The notes beneath the pieces are model-generated. The model did not search any database. It was not told the DNA's origin and worked only from the letters and a program-made list of their open reading frames with translations. Made by a program: the position numbers and the translations under genes. 64,000 nt of DNA from the NCBI GenBank assembly GCA_046563655.1, contig CM102286.1, positions 868,001 through 932,000 on the forward strand, given 5' to 3'. This stretch comes from Yuukianura sp. NJ FZ-2021 (lineage: Eukaryota). The number at the start of each line of letters is the position of its first letter. Position 1 is the first letter of the stretch. Shown here in pieces: positions 22,452 through 35,252 of the stretch.

Positions 22452-25400
22452 TTCAGGACCTAAACAGAGCAGGAATGTTGAAGCGATCAATCAATTCCCT
22501 TGGCTTTTCCATCATGCCCAACTAATAAGCCCTAAAAGCCCCACCGCCGTTCAAATCCCTTCAACTTTCTCCTCAATCTATCTTCACCTTCACAAATGTG
22601 GAGCACAACTCCAGCTAAATAACAAATTTCCAACATTTGGACCAAAACGGTACAAGGAATTTTCAAATTTAAGAAATTTGCAAAAACTTGGATTGGGTTT
22701 AAAATTTGGATTTACGATTATTTTGAAACTGAAAAGCGTAGAGGGAGGTTTTAAGCGGGAGGGAGATTTAAAGTGACAAGGCGCTAAAATCCCTGTCACT
22801 ACTCCAAAACCTCCAATAAATTCAATTAGGCAAACAAGCTTTCCCCTGGGCCTAACCTAACCAGAAACGCCAAAACCTAACCTATGGAACTCAAAAGCAT
22901 TTAAAGCCAACGTATTCAATTAGTGAACAGAGAGAATTAAAGTGTCAGTCCCACATTTTCTAAAAACCGACCAGATTTTCTAGATTTTCTAAAATCTACA
23001 ACAGAGTTCTAGAATTAATCTCACAATTTAATTCTTTGTAGGTGACCAACCACTGGGATTAATCAAAGTCAGTTCCACTTTCGATCCTGAAAACTGAGAA
23101 TTTCCTTGTTCAAAAAACCGAATGTTTTCGTTTTTCAAAATTTCGAGCATTTTCTAGTTCAAATTGAACCATTAACAATTAATCCCAAAGATTTAACCCC
23201 AAGTTCCACTTAAAAAGTCAATTAATTACTTACGTGTTAATTATTTTCAGACATGAATCTTTTTTAGCTTTTCAAAAACTTGAACAAGAAAAACCTTTTA
23301 ATCTTCTCACCGCAACCGAAATAACATAAAAGGATTTTGGGATTTCAGATTTCAAAAGTTTTTTTTAAATTTTTTGAAAGTTGTACAACACAAAGTGGTT
23401 CAGAATTCAATTAGTTTTAACTGTTATGTGTCTCTTCCTGCCAAGAGTCACTTCCACTGCTCACCTTTATTTGCTCTTTACTTTTTTCCAGAACATAAAC
23501 TATTGTACTAAGCAGGGTTTTACGACTCCAAGACTTCTCCGGATGCTGAATGCTGGATACTGGATGCTGGAGGATGCTGGGAAGATCCCTGGAAAGTGTC
23601 ATCTGAGGAATCTCATTAAGGGCCCACTTCCGCTGTCTTATGATATGCAATAAAAACCTTCTGAGCGGCAAATGATGAGGTAATAAAGCCCTTGTTTCCA
23701 GCTGCCACGGGAAACCAGAGTTCACGGGGTCATGCCTAAAAGACAGACTCGCAGAAACAGACACTTTCACCCGCGTGTCACTTTTTTCACTCTCAAAGTG
23801 TATTGGGGTCATCATTCCTCTGAAAAGGCGGATAGGAAGACACGGGTCAGCAGATCAAAAGGCTATTAGCTTTCTCCTGATCTTTTCTTGCTCAAGGTGA
23901 CAGAGCAAGTGAAAGTGCTGACAGAGTGGAAATCCAGTTCCCAATTACAAGCACCTTAAGTGTTAGCACAGGAATTGAAAAAGTACTAAGAAAAATTTCG
24001 AAAAAAAAAAACAATTTTTCAATTTTCAAAACTTTCCAAAAACGGAAAAATAGTTAAAAGAGAAAGTGATTTATGGTTGGTTTTTACAAGTGAAGCTGAG
24101 GATACGTGCGAATATTTAAATTTTGGATAGTTGGACAGACAATTAGTACTTTTTGCCCAAAGTGTCACAGTTTTGGAGTGTTTAAACAGTTTTTCAAAAT
24201 TTCGAGAATAATTTTTGACTGATTTATGCGTTTGTTGGCACATATATTTTATTTGAAAGTGACAAGGTAAGACAAACTTTGTGCAAATTGGATAACATTT
24301 GAGTGTGAAATTAAACGGTTCCAACTGTCATATAAACGTGTGTAACCGTAGGCTAATAAATACACGCCATTTAGCACAGTTTTACTTGGCGGTAATACTC
24401 AAATTTCATAAAAGTTTGAAACTCAAAAAAAAAACTACTTACGAAAACGGCTTTTGCGATTACGGAATAAGGTTATCTCAATTTTAAATTTATGGGTGCG
24501 CCTTGTTTAATTAAACTAAAACTCATAAAATTAGACCCAGAGACTATAAACTATCATATCAAAATTTTAGTTACTCCCACCAAAGCCAAACTGCCAAAAA
24601 TCTCATCATCTCTTTGAAGTGATCTTCATCAAAAGTTGAGGTAAAATAAAGTTTAGACTTTCCGTTTTATCGTTTTCACAATTCAAATCTCCTACAATCT
24701 AGTGCTTAAAATTCCATCAAAAAGGCAAAAGAGATTTTCTTTAGTTTTTTGAAGTTTCTAGGGAAAAGACACTAAAAATGTAAAGTTTTTAGAGTGATTC
24801 CAAATCTTCTTTTGATGACTCACTCAAAATAATTTACAAATTAAAATTGAAATGGAAAACCAAAATTACTGTTTTTAGAGTTCAAAGGCATTCCTCCTTT
24901 GGCCTTCAGGGGCTCCGAATATCAAAAATTTCAGAAAAAGACTTTGAAAACAATTTTTTTTTCAAAATTTTTGTCTTGTCAGTGTAAAACTACCACCTTA
25001 ATTGTTCAAACTTTTTAAAAAAATGATTGTGTCAGAGAATGCTGTTCGTGTCATATGTCAACTTTTTCATCTCGTAATTGGCATGAACAAGAAAAAGATG
25101 ACAGGGAAAGAGCGGGAAAAGTTTAGTTTTGTGTAAAACCGTTTTTGGGGTGGGTTTGGGAGACATAAAGTGAAAGTTTCTTAAAATTTTGAAATCGTGC
25201 GCGTTTTCGAACGAGGACTTTCTCTCTCTCTGTTGCAAAATATTATTTCGATATGAAACGTGACTAGTTTAAGATTCAGAAGTGTGAGACACTTTCTATT
25301 GTTCTTTAGAGTCTCCAATTCCATTAGGTCTCCACACAAAACTTCGTCTCCGTCTGCCCAACTAATATTTTACGACAGTTGCCCAGCTCTGAAATGTCTT

Positions 25401-27899
25401 CATTTGACCTCTGACCTCTCCCAAACAAAACCACAATTTTTTGTCCCAAATTAAAACCACAAAAACCTCTTTTTTGTTACCTAAAATTCAGTTGCCGAAT
25501 GCCACAAAAAAATTCTTTGCGGATGTGACATTCTTTTGAAAAAATTGAGACATTGAAAACAAAATTTGAATTGATGACTTTTGAGTTGAAGCATTTAATC
25601 ATTTCAAGCCAGAAGACAGACACGCGCATGCGAGACAGAAAAGTTGACTTTTTTTTTTAAATTTTTTGGTATAGAAATCCAGTTTTTTGGTTTTGGAAAG
25701 GCAATTTGTAGATGTACAAAATGAAAAGAAAGTGAGTTGGAAACTATGCGAAAAGTGATGGTTGACAATTGAGCAAATAAATCTTCCATGTCAAAGTTGA
25801 CGAGTAAAAAGGCAGGGAAAAAGCTAGTTCGATTTGGTCGTTTCTCTACATCCATTTCATGAGCTCCAATAAACTCATCTTCCTTTTTGGAAATCGGTTT
25901 TTCTGCTTCTCCTTTTTCAAAAAGTAAAAAAGTCTGGGAAAATGTATTTTATTTTTGGTTGATAGATCCATCAATTTCAAAAACCAAAAAAGTCACTTCT
26001 GCGCCTTCCAAAGTTTAAACTGCTTGATGCTCCATCACCTTCTGCGTGGCGGGAAACTTCAAATCCTTGATCCATTTTCCATTTCCCCAGAGATTCGTTT
26101 GTCTTGTACTTTTGGTTGTGTTACATAACTTTCTGTTCTCTTTTTAAGTTGACAAATTGCTTCAACTTTAACTTTTGGAATGAAAAGCTGATCTGGAGAA
26201 TTCACACTTTTCTGACTTTTAGTCACCTCAGCATAAATCAAAGTTCAAATAAAGTTCGTCAATCCTGCAAATCGCAACTGTCACAAATTTTCTTGGTTTA
26301 CGAATTCCGAGCTAACAAAGTTTTGTGAAAATTTGACTCTACTTTTATTAAATTTTGAACAGCTTGCATTTGTGTTCTACTTTTTGAAATTTTTTGTTCA
26401 AAAAATATTTTGTTAGCATTTGGTTTATGTTGATTCTCAAAGTAATTCCACATGGTTTGAACTTAAATTTTTCAACGCCATAATTAATTTTCAAAAAATT
26501 CGACAAGAGGAGAATGACCTGCTTAGGAAATTTATGACCTCTGCACAGCCTTCCGGCTTTTTGTGAAAACTGTTATTATTCGAGTGAAAAGTGTGCGCAG
26601 ACTCAGAAAAGTAGACCGTTAAGTCCAGTTAATGCAGTGATAATGACTACGCAATTAACATTAGTTTAAGAATGTCAGGAAACGTAGGTTTTTCAAGTCT
26701 AATCACTAGGAAGTAAATCACTTCCACAGACAGTGTCGCTAAGAAGATACTTTAGAGTCGTGCACCTCCTTCTCTCGGACTCCAAAGTTTGAAAAGTTCA
26801 AAGTTGCGCTTTGGTGTAATAGACAGTTGAAGTCCAAAGTCCATCCAGAGACGTTTTCTACCTATCCAGAATCCTAATGACTTTGGCGGAGGAGGGAGAT
26901 TTTGAAAGTTGTCAGTGACAGGACGAAAGTTGTTTCCTAAAGGCCCTTTACCCGCCACATGAATAAAGTATGAGGAGCAGTTTATGTCATTTCAACGTCT
27001 TTTTGACCAACGTCCCTCAACAAGACGAAGGATATTGCAATTTGAACGGGATTCAACGAAAACTGTTGACAGAAAAGTAAGGATTTCAAATCATCAAACG
27101 AAAAATATCAACACAAAAATCTAGTCTCCGCTCATGGTTCTTTTTTGGGCGACAAAAAAAAAGAAGAAAAAAAGTTGAGCGTGCTGTAAAAAATTTTCAC
27201 ACGGAAAGCGGCACACTTTCAAAAATTTCAAAAAATCATCCGCTGAGTGGCGGTGTTGCAAATTTTTCTCAGACGTTGACACATTTTTGAAAAAATTGTC
27301 AGAACGTAGTCTATCTTTAGCAAACTTCAAAGTTACAAGTGGCTGAATGCGGCAAAGCAGCAGGGAGTTGCGTCATAAGTAATTTTTTTCAATTCAGTTT
27401 CGCAATTTGAAATTTTTTCGAAACGTGAAATGTGCCGTTTCAGTCGTTTTGGGATTCAATTGACAAGAATTGCTACAAAAGCGGATTCACTCATGCATGA
27501 TCTTTATTTGCACACTATGCGCAATTGTTGTAAAAATATAAAAGCGTCAATTTCAAATTAGCACAACGGAAACTGAGCCGTGCAATTTCGATTCAAAAAA
27601 CTTTTTTAGATTTTGAACATCCTCCCATCATGATTTCATCCTTTGCCGCCTACTTAAATTTAAACAAACTTTCAAAATTTTATAAGCACAGACGCTGACG
27701 TAAGTAAAATTTTGAAAATTGCGCTTTTTAAATATAAAAAAACAGTGGTCATTTCAAAGCGTGCCGCTCAGCTTGTGCTGTAACTCACTTTGGACTTATC
27801 ACAGTCACTGCAGTTGTGTAAACATTTTGTAAAAATTACATGACTCACTTGTAGCATTGACACAATTACAAACAATGAAAAGCTTATGTCTAACTCAAT

Positions 27900-28240
27900 C
27901 TAATGTCGCTTAACCTAACAACATAACCTAATGTTAAACAACCTAACTTAATCTTGAAAAAGATACTGACATGCATAACCTAATCTTAGAAGATGCTGAC
28001 TTACTTCCTCAACATTAGTTGAAACCATTTCAGATTAGACCGAAAGACTTTTGGTCATTGTTAAATTTTAAAAAAAAGTTCCATTCATTGCGTCGCGACA
28101 GTTTGGACTTTGAGCGTCGCTTGACTGCACAAAGTCCACAGACGATGACCAAGACAAGATTAGGTTTATGTTAGGTTAGGCTATGATTAGGTTAGTTAGG
28201 TTATGCTTCCTGGTGCTGAATAAGTGCATGGGATTAGGTT
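27900..28240. repeat. Imperfect fold-back of CCTAA and TTAGG patches (MITE-like)
   Basis: gcataacctaatctt near 27973 is the inverse of aagattaggtttatg (28157) and ttaggttatgc (28196). Confidence 0.4.
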
Positions 28241-29994
28241 TAATTGCTTATTGCTTCTGTAGTTTTAGCTTCCTTATCTTTTCGAGATGTCACCGAAAGA
28301 TGTGATTTGTGTCTCCAGTTAATTTTGGACACAGAAGATCAAGTGGAATTAGTCAGGCTAGAGTACTTTTAGTCTAATTGGAGAAACCAACTTGATTTTC
28401 ATCTTTTTCAAAAACTCCCTCCAGAAATTGTAATAAAACAAAAAGAAGACATGTTTTCAGTAAGTTGTTTCAAAGTCAGATGACTCCGAGCTAAGTTTTA
28501 ACACAAGAAGAAGATGATGATAATGTCGGAGTTTGTAAAGTTTGTCTTTTCCCGCCTCCAAGCCCCGGGCGACATGCGCAGCAGTGAGTTATGATCGCAA
28601 TGTTCCTGTCATGACAATCTCCAACACGTTCAATTCAAAGTGAACATTCAAATTGAAATTTTGAAATTGAAATTTCAAAATTGACATTGAAGGTTCAGCA
28701 TCTTACTAAACATGAAAACATGTGACACATCAAATTTCATTAGTTAGAAAAAGTGAAACTGGGGTGATTTGCGACTCGGTGCGACGCATGTGCAGTGTCG
28801 AAGGTCAGGGAGCTGCAAATTGGTCTTCTGTTGGGATTTAGTGTCTCATAAAACCTAAAGTTCGTTTGGATTTTGATGATTGTGGAGAAGAAGAAGATGG
28901 TGGAGATTAATTGTAAGATTATCGCAGGAGTCTCATCTTCCAAACTTCAAAGAAAGTCTTTGGAGGGAGATCAGATAGACTTAAGGAATTCAAAATAAAT
29001 GGAAAAGCGCGGGAGATTCAAAAGGTGCAACAAAACTAAGTTAAAAGCGGCCTAAGGTAAAATGCGAAGTTTAAATTTCCCTCCCGGGGAATCCGAGATT
29101 CAAGAGCTTACAGTTCAACAACTCCAATAATTAATTTCCGCTTTTGTATAAAACCTAAGTGTCAACAGAGTCATCACTCTTCTGCCCATTGTTAGAAGTG
29201 CGAAATGTTAAGTTTCAAAATTTCAAGCTTCGAAATTTTTGTTTTTACAGTTTCAGATTCACAGATTTTGATTGTTTGCAAAACCAGTATTTCGGTTTTC
29301 TGGGAGTTTGTTGTCGAATTTTGCTAAATTGGGGCAATATGAGACGTTTTTGTTTTGTTGGTGTAAAAGTGAAATCTCATTTCACTTTTAATGCTAAAGA
29401 AGAACAAGACGACCATAATTCTGTATGCAAATTTGAGTCTGAATCCACTTCGGGGGCCAAAAGGAGAACTTCATCTTAAAGATGCTTTCTCCGCACAAAG
29501 TCGTTTTTGTTGCTCCGAGGAGAAACGCAGAGATGAAAGGCAGAAAAAGCTTGAAAATGGTTTGGAGAGGCCCAGCTATTTCCATTGTGTTGCAGGTGAA
29601 CTCCCGGGAGATGATGAAGTATAATTATGATCATCATGAATATTAGAGTCTCATGTTTTATTAATATGTCCATCACACTGCCCACTTCTTTTGCATGGAG
29701 GGAGTAACTATCCGTTTTCTAGATTTAGCTCCTAGCTAAAGATTAAGAAGTTAAAGCGTCAAGGGACGGATTTAGTCAATACAAATTCAAAAAATTAAGA
29801 ATTCTGCAGGGCACGGGAGTCATTAGCCCTTCACACTTCCTGTCTAACACAAATTTATTATGTAGCGTCCGCCAAAATTTGGCAATTTTTTTGGCAAAAT
29901 ATTTTTTTTTTTATAAAAAATCGTAATGAATCATTTCTTTTGATTCCGGTCGATTCGAAACAAAAACCGGTAAAAGTTTGATTTTTGTGTGCAA

Positions 29995-30007
29995 AGGTCA
30001 TTGACCT
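29995..30007. promoter_or_regulatory. Perfect IR1 palindrome AGGTCAtTGACCT (EcR/USP consensus element)
   Basis: Exact consensus, with the palindrome extending to aaAGGTCAtTGACCTtt; CAAGGTCA at 30054. Confidence 0.55.
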
Positions 30008-32394
30008 TTCGGAAGTGAGTTGTGCACAGAAAGTGTCGACTTTTTGATTGAAGCAAGGTCACAGAGGGCGGGAAATTGTAAATTAAATTTCATTAATCGT
30101 TAAACCGGAATAATAAACTTCAAGTCCAGTTTCAACCTAGTGGAAAATCGACTTCAAAAGTATTTAACGCCTCAAAGGCTTTCATTCAACGTGCAGCTTA
30201 ACGTCAAACAGAAAATAAATCTCGTCATCCAAATTCAAAATTTTGAATTTTGACCAACCACTTCTGCTCCCGCGTCCACAAAAACATCAAAAGCAAAACT
30301 ATTTGTCTCCAACTTCTTTACGGCTAACTTTCAAAAACAAACTTTGTTAAACGGAATTTCAATCAAATTCTTGTTTTTTGAAAATCAGGATTAGTTCTGC
30401 ACATGCTCACTTCATACATAAGCTTTGCTTAATCCTACTATAAGTCCAGTGATAAAGTCATCAAATGTAAGCGAAAGTCAATTTGCTCTGCGCATGCCCA
30501 CTTGCATAGTTTTTGGTTAAATGAAAATGAGGACTTTGGGTTTTAAGCTTTTTTGAAACACGAATATTAGCTTTTCCGTGACATTGAATTTGTGATAGGC
30601 GGAGGCGCGATAGAAAATGGAGGGAAATTTTGAATTTTCCTTCGGCCTTTGGCATGTCCTTTCCGTTTGACTAAATTCAAAAAGCTTAAGCTTTGCTGCT
30701 TGTCGTGTGCCCGACTTCTGCTTAAAGATGGCACGCGACCGACTAAAGTAGCGGAAGAGTCACTCCCTGTTAACAGGCGCTTTCGTTTTTTCTTTAAATG
30801 CGCGCCTAAAAGTGAGACGTTTTTAGCACTTTATTATTTCCATGACACACTTTTGCATTGATAAGGGTGAAAACGAGAAAAATGACACGGACGAAAAGTT
30901 AACGTTCAAATTCGGACTGACCGTATAATGATGTCTATGTTTTTTCAAAAGATTAGAAAAGCTTGCGCCCATAAAATTCAATTTCACTGCGCATGCCGAA
31001 TGTCTTTTCCGCAATCTGATCAAAATTAATCAAAAATCTTGTAGAACTTGCAGCAGTTCCATGTACTAAAAGAAAACGTTTTTTTTTTGTTGAAAGATTT
31101 TGGTTTTGACTTTGACAAAACTGGAATTGAAAAACAATTTCAGTTTTTATGTTTTGAAAACTGCATTTTTGCCCTAAAGATTGAAGAAAAACAGCTTCTG
31201 TTTTGCATAGTTTTCAACCGATCAGGAATTGAAAAGTCGTTTTTTTGTGTCGTACGACAGTGGTGCGTGGTGACTACTCTTCTGGTTTTCGATATGCCCA
31301 GCTATGGAATATTCTAATATGTCTAAATACGGGTTTAAGACCTTGTCAAATGTCAAACGCATAAACCTTCGAGTGACCCATCCAATGTTGACATTTCTAA
31401 CAATTTCTTGTTTCTGCAAAAGGAATGTGGACGAACTACCTTAGAAAGGAAAGGCATTAATCGAATCCAAATATTGTGATGGCGGGAATCCATACTTTAT
31501 TCCATAATTAACTATTGATATTGTTACCAACTCCTACACACTTTATTGGAAGAGTCATCGATTTCAAATTTAAGTGCCAAAACTATTCCCACACCTACAA
31601 CCATTACAGTTGCCATTTTGATTTAATAAGTATGTACAATTCCACCCACGATTCACCTTACCCCAGTTTGCCAAGGTCATGTGATTCGTTTTCCATTAGG
31701 TATAAATGTCAGTTAACACTTTAAGCCTACTTAACTAATATTTAACGTAATTAAAACGTTTAATGAAATCATAGTGGCGGTAATTTCTTAAATATTTAAT
31801 TCATAGTCTCAGCTTGCCTCAATTAACAAAATCAAAGTTCGCGGGAATGGGAGAATTGAGAATTTGAAATTTTCATCGTTGCGTCAGCGGTTCGCCCTCT
31901 TCTTTGTTCGCTATCTTCTCACAGATTCGACTCAACGTTAAATTAAAGTTAATCAGTTTAATTTTAATTACAATTAACTAACTTTTGAAGACGAAAATGA
32001 ATCTGAACTCGGTTTTTGTGTGCAGTCGCAGTTAAACCCACATGAGTTCATCTTGTCTTCTCGCCGGTCATAATAGTAGTACCTCATACGCACACTCCGG
32101 GCCGGCGTCCGGGCTCTGCCAGGTTTGAGATGTTATTTTTACTAATTGAAGTTAATTAGTTTAGTTTAAACAACAATTGACTAAGTTTTTCAGATGAATA
32201 TGTATCCGAATTCGGTTTTTACACCTAGTCATCGTTATTCTCTGCTCAGTTCTCTCTTATTCTTGTTTCTGGTTTGGTTTCAGGAGGGGGCCGTGGCGGA
32301 AGGAGGATTGGAGGGTAGAGGATCGTCTCTGTACAGCAGTCGTCCCATTCTACCGTTGACAGTACGCCAAGTAACATCTCAGCCGAACATCGTT

Positions 32395-32522
32395 AGTCGT
32401 ACTCGAGTCCTTGTGCCAATAACATACACGGTAACGCCAAAAAGAAAGGTTACAAGCCAACTAACATTCATTCATCGCCCAATTCATTGCCCATATATCT
32501 CCATTTACAAACACTCTCTCAG
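32395..32522 (+). other. Candidate non-coding first exon
   Basis: Inr-like TTAGTC at 32393-32398 after a GC-richer stretch; ends CAG|gtaaac. Confidence 0.3.
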
Positions 32523-32662
32523 GTAAACACGCGACACGGCAGTTGTGGTGTGGACTCAGCGATTACTACGCAGGGACTAACGTTCTGATTCTTATCAAAC
32601 TTCGAATTGGACTCAATTTTGGACTGGAGTGAAGAAAGGAACATAAACTAAACCGAAAGCTC

Positions 32663-32766
32663 AGTAGTTAGTGCAAGTCCTTCGCCCTACGAACACCGTG
32701 TCAGTGGCCAAGTTCTGCAAAGTCGACGTTGTAACATCAAAGTGGAGGGGAAACGGAACAGCCAAA
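32663..32766 (+). other. Candidate non-coding first exon
   Basis: Inr-like TCAGTA at 32661; ends AAA|gtaagg. Confidence 0.35.
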
Positions 32767-32864
32767 GTAAGGTGTCATGACAAGTGTTGCTAAATCACGT
32801 TAAATGGTTAGGAACATTAACTGTCTTGAGTCACCGAGTTGTTGGTTTTGTAAGAATCTTCCAG

Positions 32865-33210
32865 GAAGAGGACAACGTTTCACGGAGTGTCGGCTGAGAG
32901 TGGATCTTGTGAAAGTTAAGATCTAAACTATTGTTCCATCGAGAAGAGCAAAATCTGGTTGGTTTAAGGTGAAAGTGAGTGACAGAGGAATAGACTCCAG
33001 TGAAATATTGCCCGACTGCTCCCAATCTCTCCAGCATTCTCCACCACCATCTTGCAAACAAGATTTGGGCGAAAAACAAGCGACTTTGAAGAATCGAGCC
33101 ACTTTCTTCTCCTTGCTGGAAACCTTATGCTTTTCCTTTGATTCAAGCTCAACATTTTATAAAAACGGAATTGTAAACTCAACCGAAAAACGAGTGTCAC
33201 ATCCCAGACC
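32865..33210 (+). other. Candidate 5'-UTR exon
   Basis: Acceptor tcttccag| at 32864, donor ACC|gtaagt at 33211; UTR-like composition. Confidence 0.4.
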
Positions 33211-33414
33211 GTAAGTTTCTTGTTCAACTTTTACTAAGCCCCAGTAGTATTTTGGCTTTTTAATAACTTTAACCCAAATCAAATTAAGACGAGGCTTATT
33301 TAATTACTTATTAAAGGACCTTCCACAATTTCCGTGCGCACTCCAATCTGGTTCCAGCTTCTCTCTTACTACGCTGGAACACTTTCTACCAACTAATTCA
33401 AGACGGTGCATAGT

Positions 33415-34082
33415 ACACAGTTCCAGCATCGCCAGTGTTAAGCCTCTCCAGATTTAAGTCATCGATCCAGCAGCTTCCAGCTAAAAAGGGAAGGCGTTCT
33501 GGAGAACTAAAGTTTCAACTTACTGACTCAAGTTTCATTCTAAAACTTGTAATCTCTGTTCCAACTTTAACCAGTCACTACCACACTTCCCAAAGATAAA
33601 CCACTCCAGAAGACCAACAACTTCCAAAGGAACTGCAGCATATCGGAAGTCCAAGTTTGTAGAAGTGACAACTCCAGTGCAGCGAGAGACAGAGTTCAAG
33701 GAGTGCCAAAGTCGCCTCTCTCTGACAAACGAACTGCGAGGTCAACGGGTCAAGGTTTCCCAGAAACACTTTACAGTGTGTGACACGTTTTGTGAAAGTT
33801 TGTTTACTAATTTGTGCTGCAATTGTTTACAAGTTGTGCTCAGAACGCACCCCAAAGCGGAACAGAAACAAAGGAATAGTCACACCCTCATCATAACTTA
33901 AATTGCACCTTATCATCTTCCCAAATCAACTTAAAAAGTCATCCTCCCTTGTGCTAACTCAATTTGGCACTTCTGCACATCACTTCACGTTCGCATCATC
34001 TCATCTTCACATCAATATTTGTTCACATCATCCTCTTCATTGTGTCACACTCAATTGTCTTCTATCTTCAATCTTCAATCGG
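33415..34082 (+). other. Candidate alternative 5'-UTR exon (start uncertain)
   Basis: C-rich UTR-like tract ending CGG|gtaagt at 34083, followed by an abrupt switch to T-rich intron-like DNA. Confidence 0.3.
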
Positions 34083-35152
34083 GTAAGTTTCTCTTTTTGA
34101 GCAACTTTTAATTTTTAAGCAATTTTTAATTTTGAGAAACTTTTATCATGGCAATTATTTCTTTACGTTCGTTCAGAATCTCGAATCCACTGAAAACGAA
34201 AAATGCAAAAATTTAGACAAAGTTGCAACAACGATTGAATTTTTAAGTTTTAAAAGACTCGTAAACTTTTTTGTCTGCAGTGCGTTATACTTTTGAAGCC
34301 TTCATTATATTTCAAAAAACAAGGAAATGAAAAAGAAAATGTTTTTAAACTTTTAGCAATTGAAAATTCATGTTCCAATTTAGAGGTGTATGATTACACC
34401 GCTTGGAATGAAATAAGGAACGCGTGCAGTTTGAAAAATTCAACTTTTTTCGTCTACTTTTTCACAACGTTTGGCGCTGGTTTATAAATTATCCAAAACG
34501 TTCTCGAATAACATAGGTTTAGGCACACTTCTTCCAATTGTGTTTAAAAGGATGAAAGTTTCTAGACCAAAATAGTTCTAAAAAATTCTAAATTCTGAAA
34601 AATTTCATACTTCTTCTTAACCACATGCAATTGGATTTTGATTTGAAAATTTTTGCTAAAAATTTCTTCCGTTTTCTTCCTCTTACCTCCGTGATTGTCA
34701 TCGTCATGATTGCAATTTTCCCAGGAGAGCAGTAAAATGGTTATGGTAACTGTTAGTTATTTTGGAGGGACAAATCGACCAATTTCAAAATCCGAAATTG
34801 CCTTGTTATTTCAAAATTTCTTTAAAAAAAAGTTTACGACGAAATTCCACCAGGAGAGCAATTTTGCGGAAATGATTCCTGTTGGTGGAGGGTAGTTCAA
34901 ATGTCTATATTTACTTTCAGTGTCATTACCTTTCAGTTTTTGTATGATAAAAGGCACTTGCAAAAAAGTTTGCTTTTCAGGGATGCTAAAAAGTACGGGT
35001 TTGAGGTCTATAAAAAAGTAAAAGTCTAAAAGTGGTGGATTTTGGAATTGTTTGGCTTGGATTCCACTCCAGAATTTTGAGTGGGAGGAATAATAGAGTA
35101 GAAGGCGAGGAATGGCTGTTGGCAAAATCAATTAGAGTAATTGCAAGGTAAG

Positions 35153-35252
35153 NNNNNNNNNNNNNNNNNNNNNNNNNNNNNNNNNNNNNNNNNNNNNNNN
35201 NNNNNNNNNNNNNNNNNNNNNNNNNNNNNNNNNNNNNNNNNNNNNNNNNNNN
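35153..35252. other. Assembly gap (100 N)
   Basis: Run of exactly 100 N, typical of an unsized scaffold join. Confidence 0.99.
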
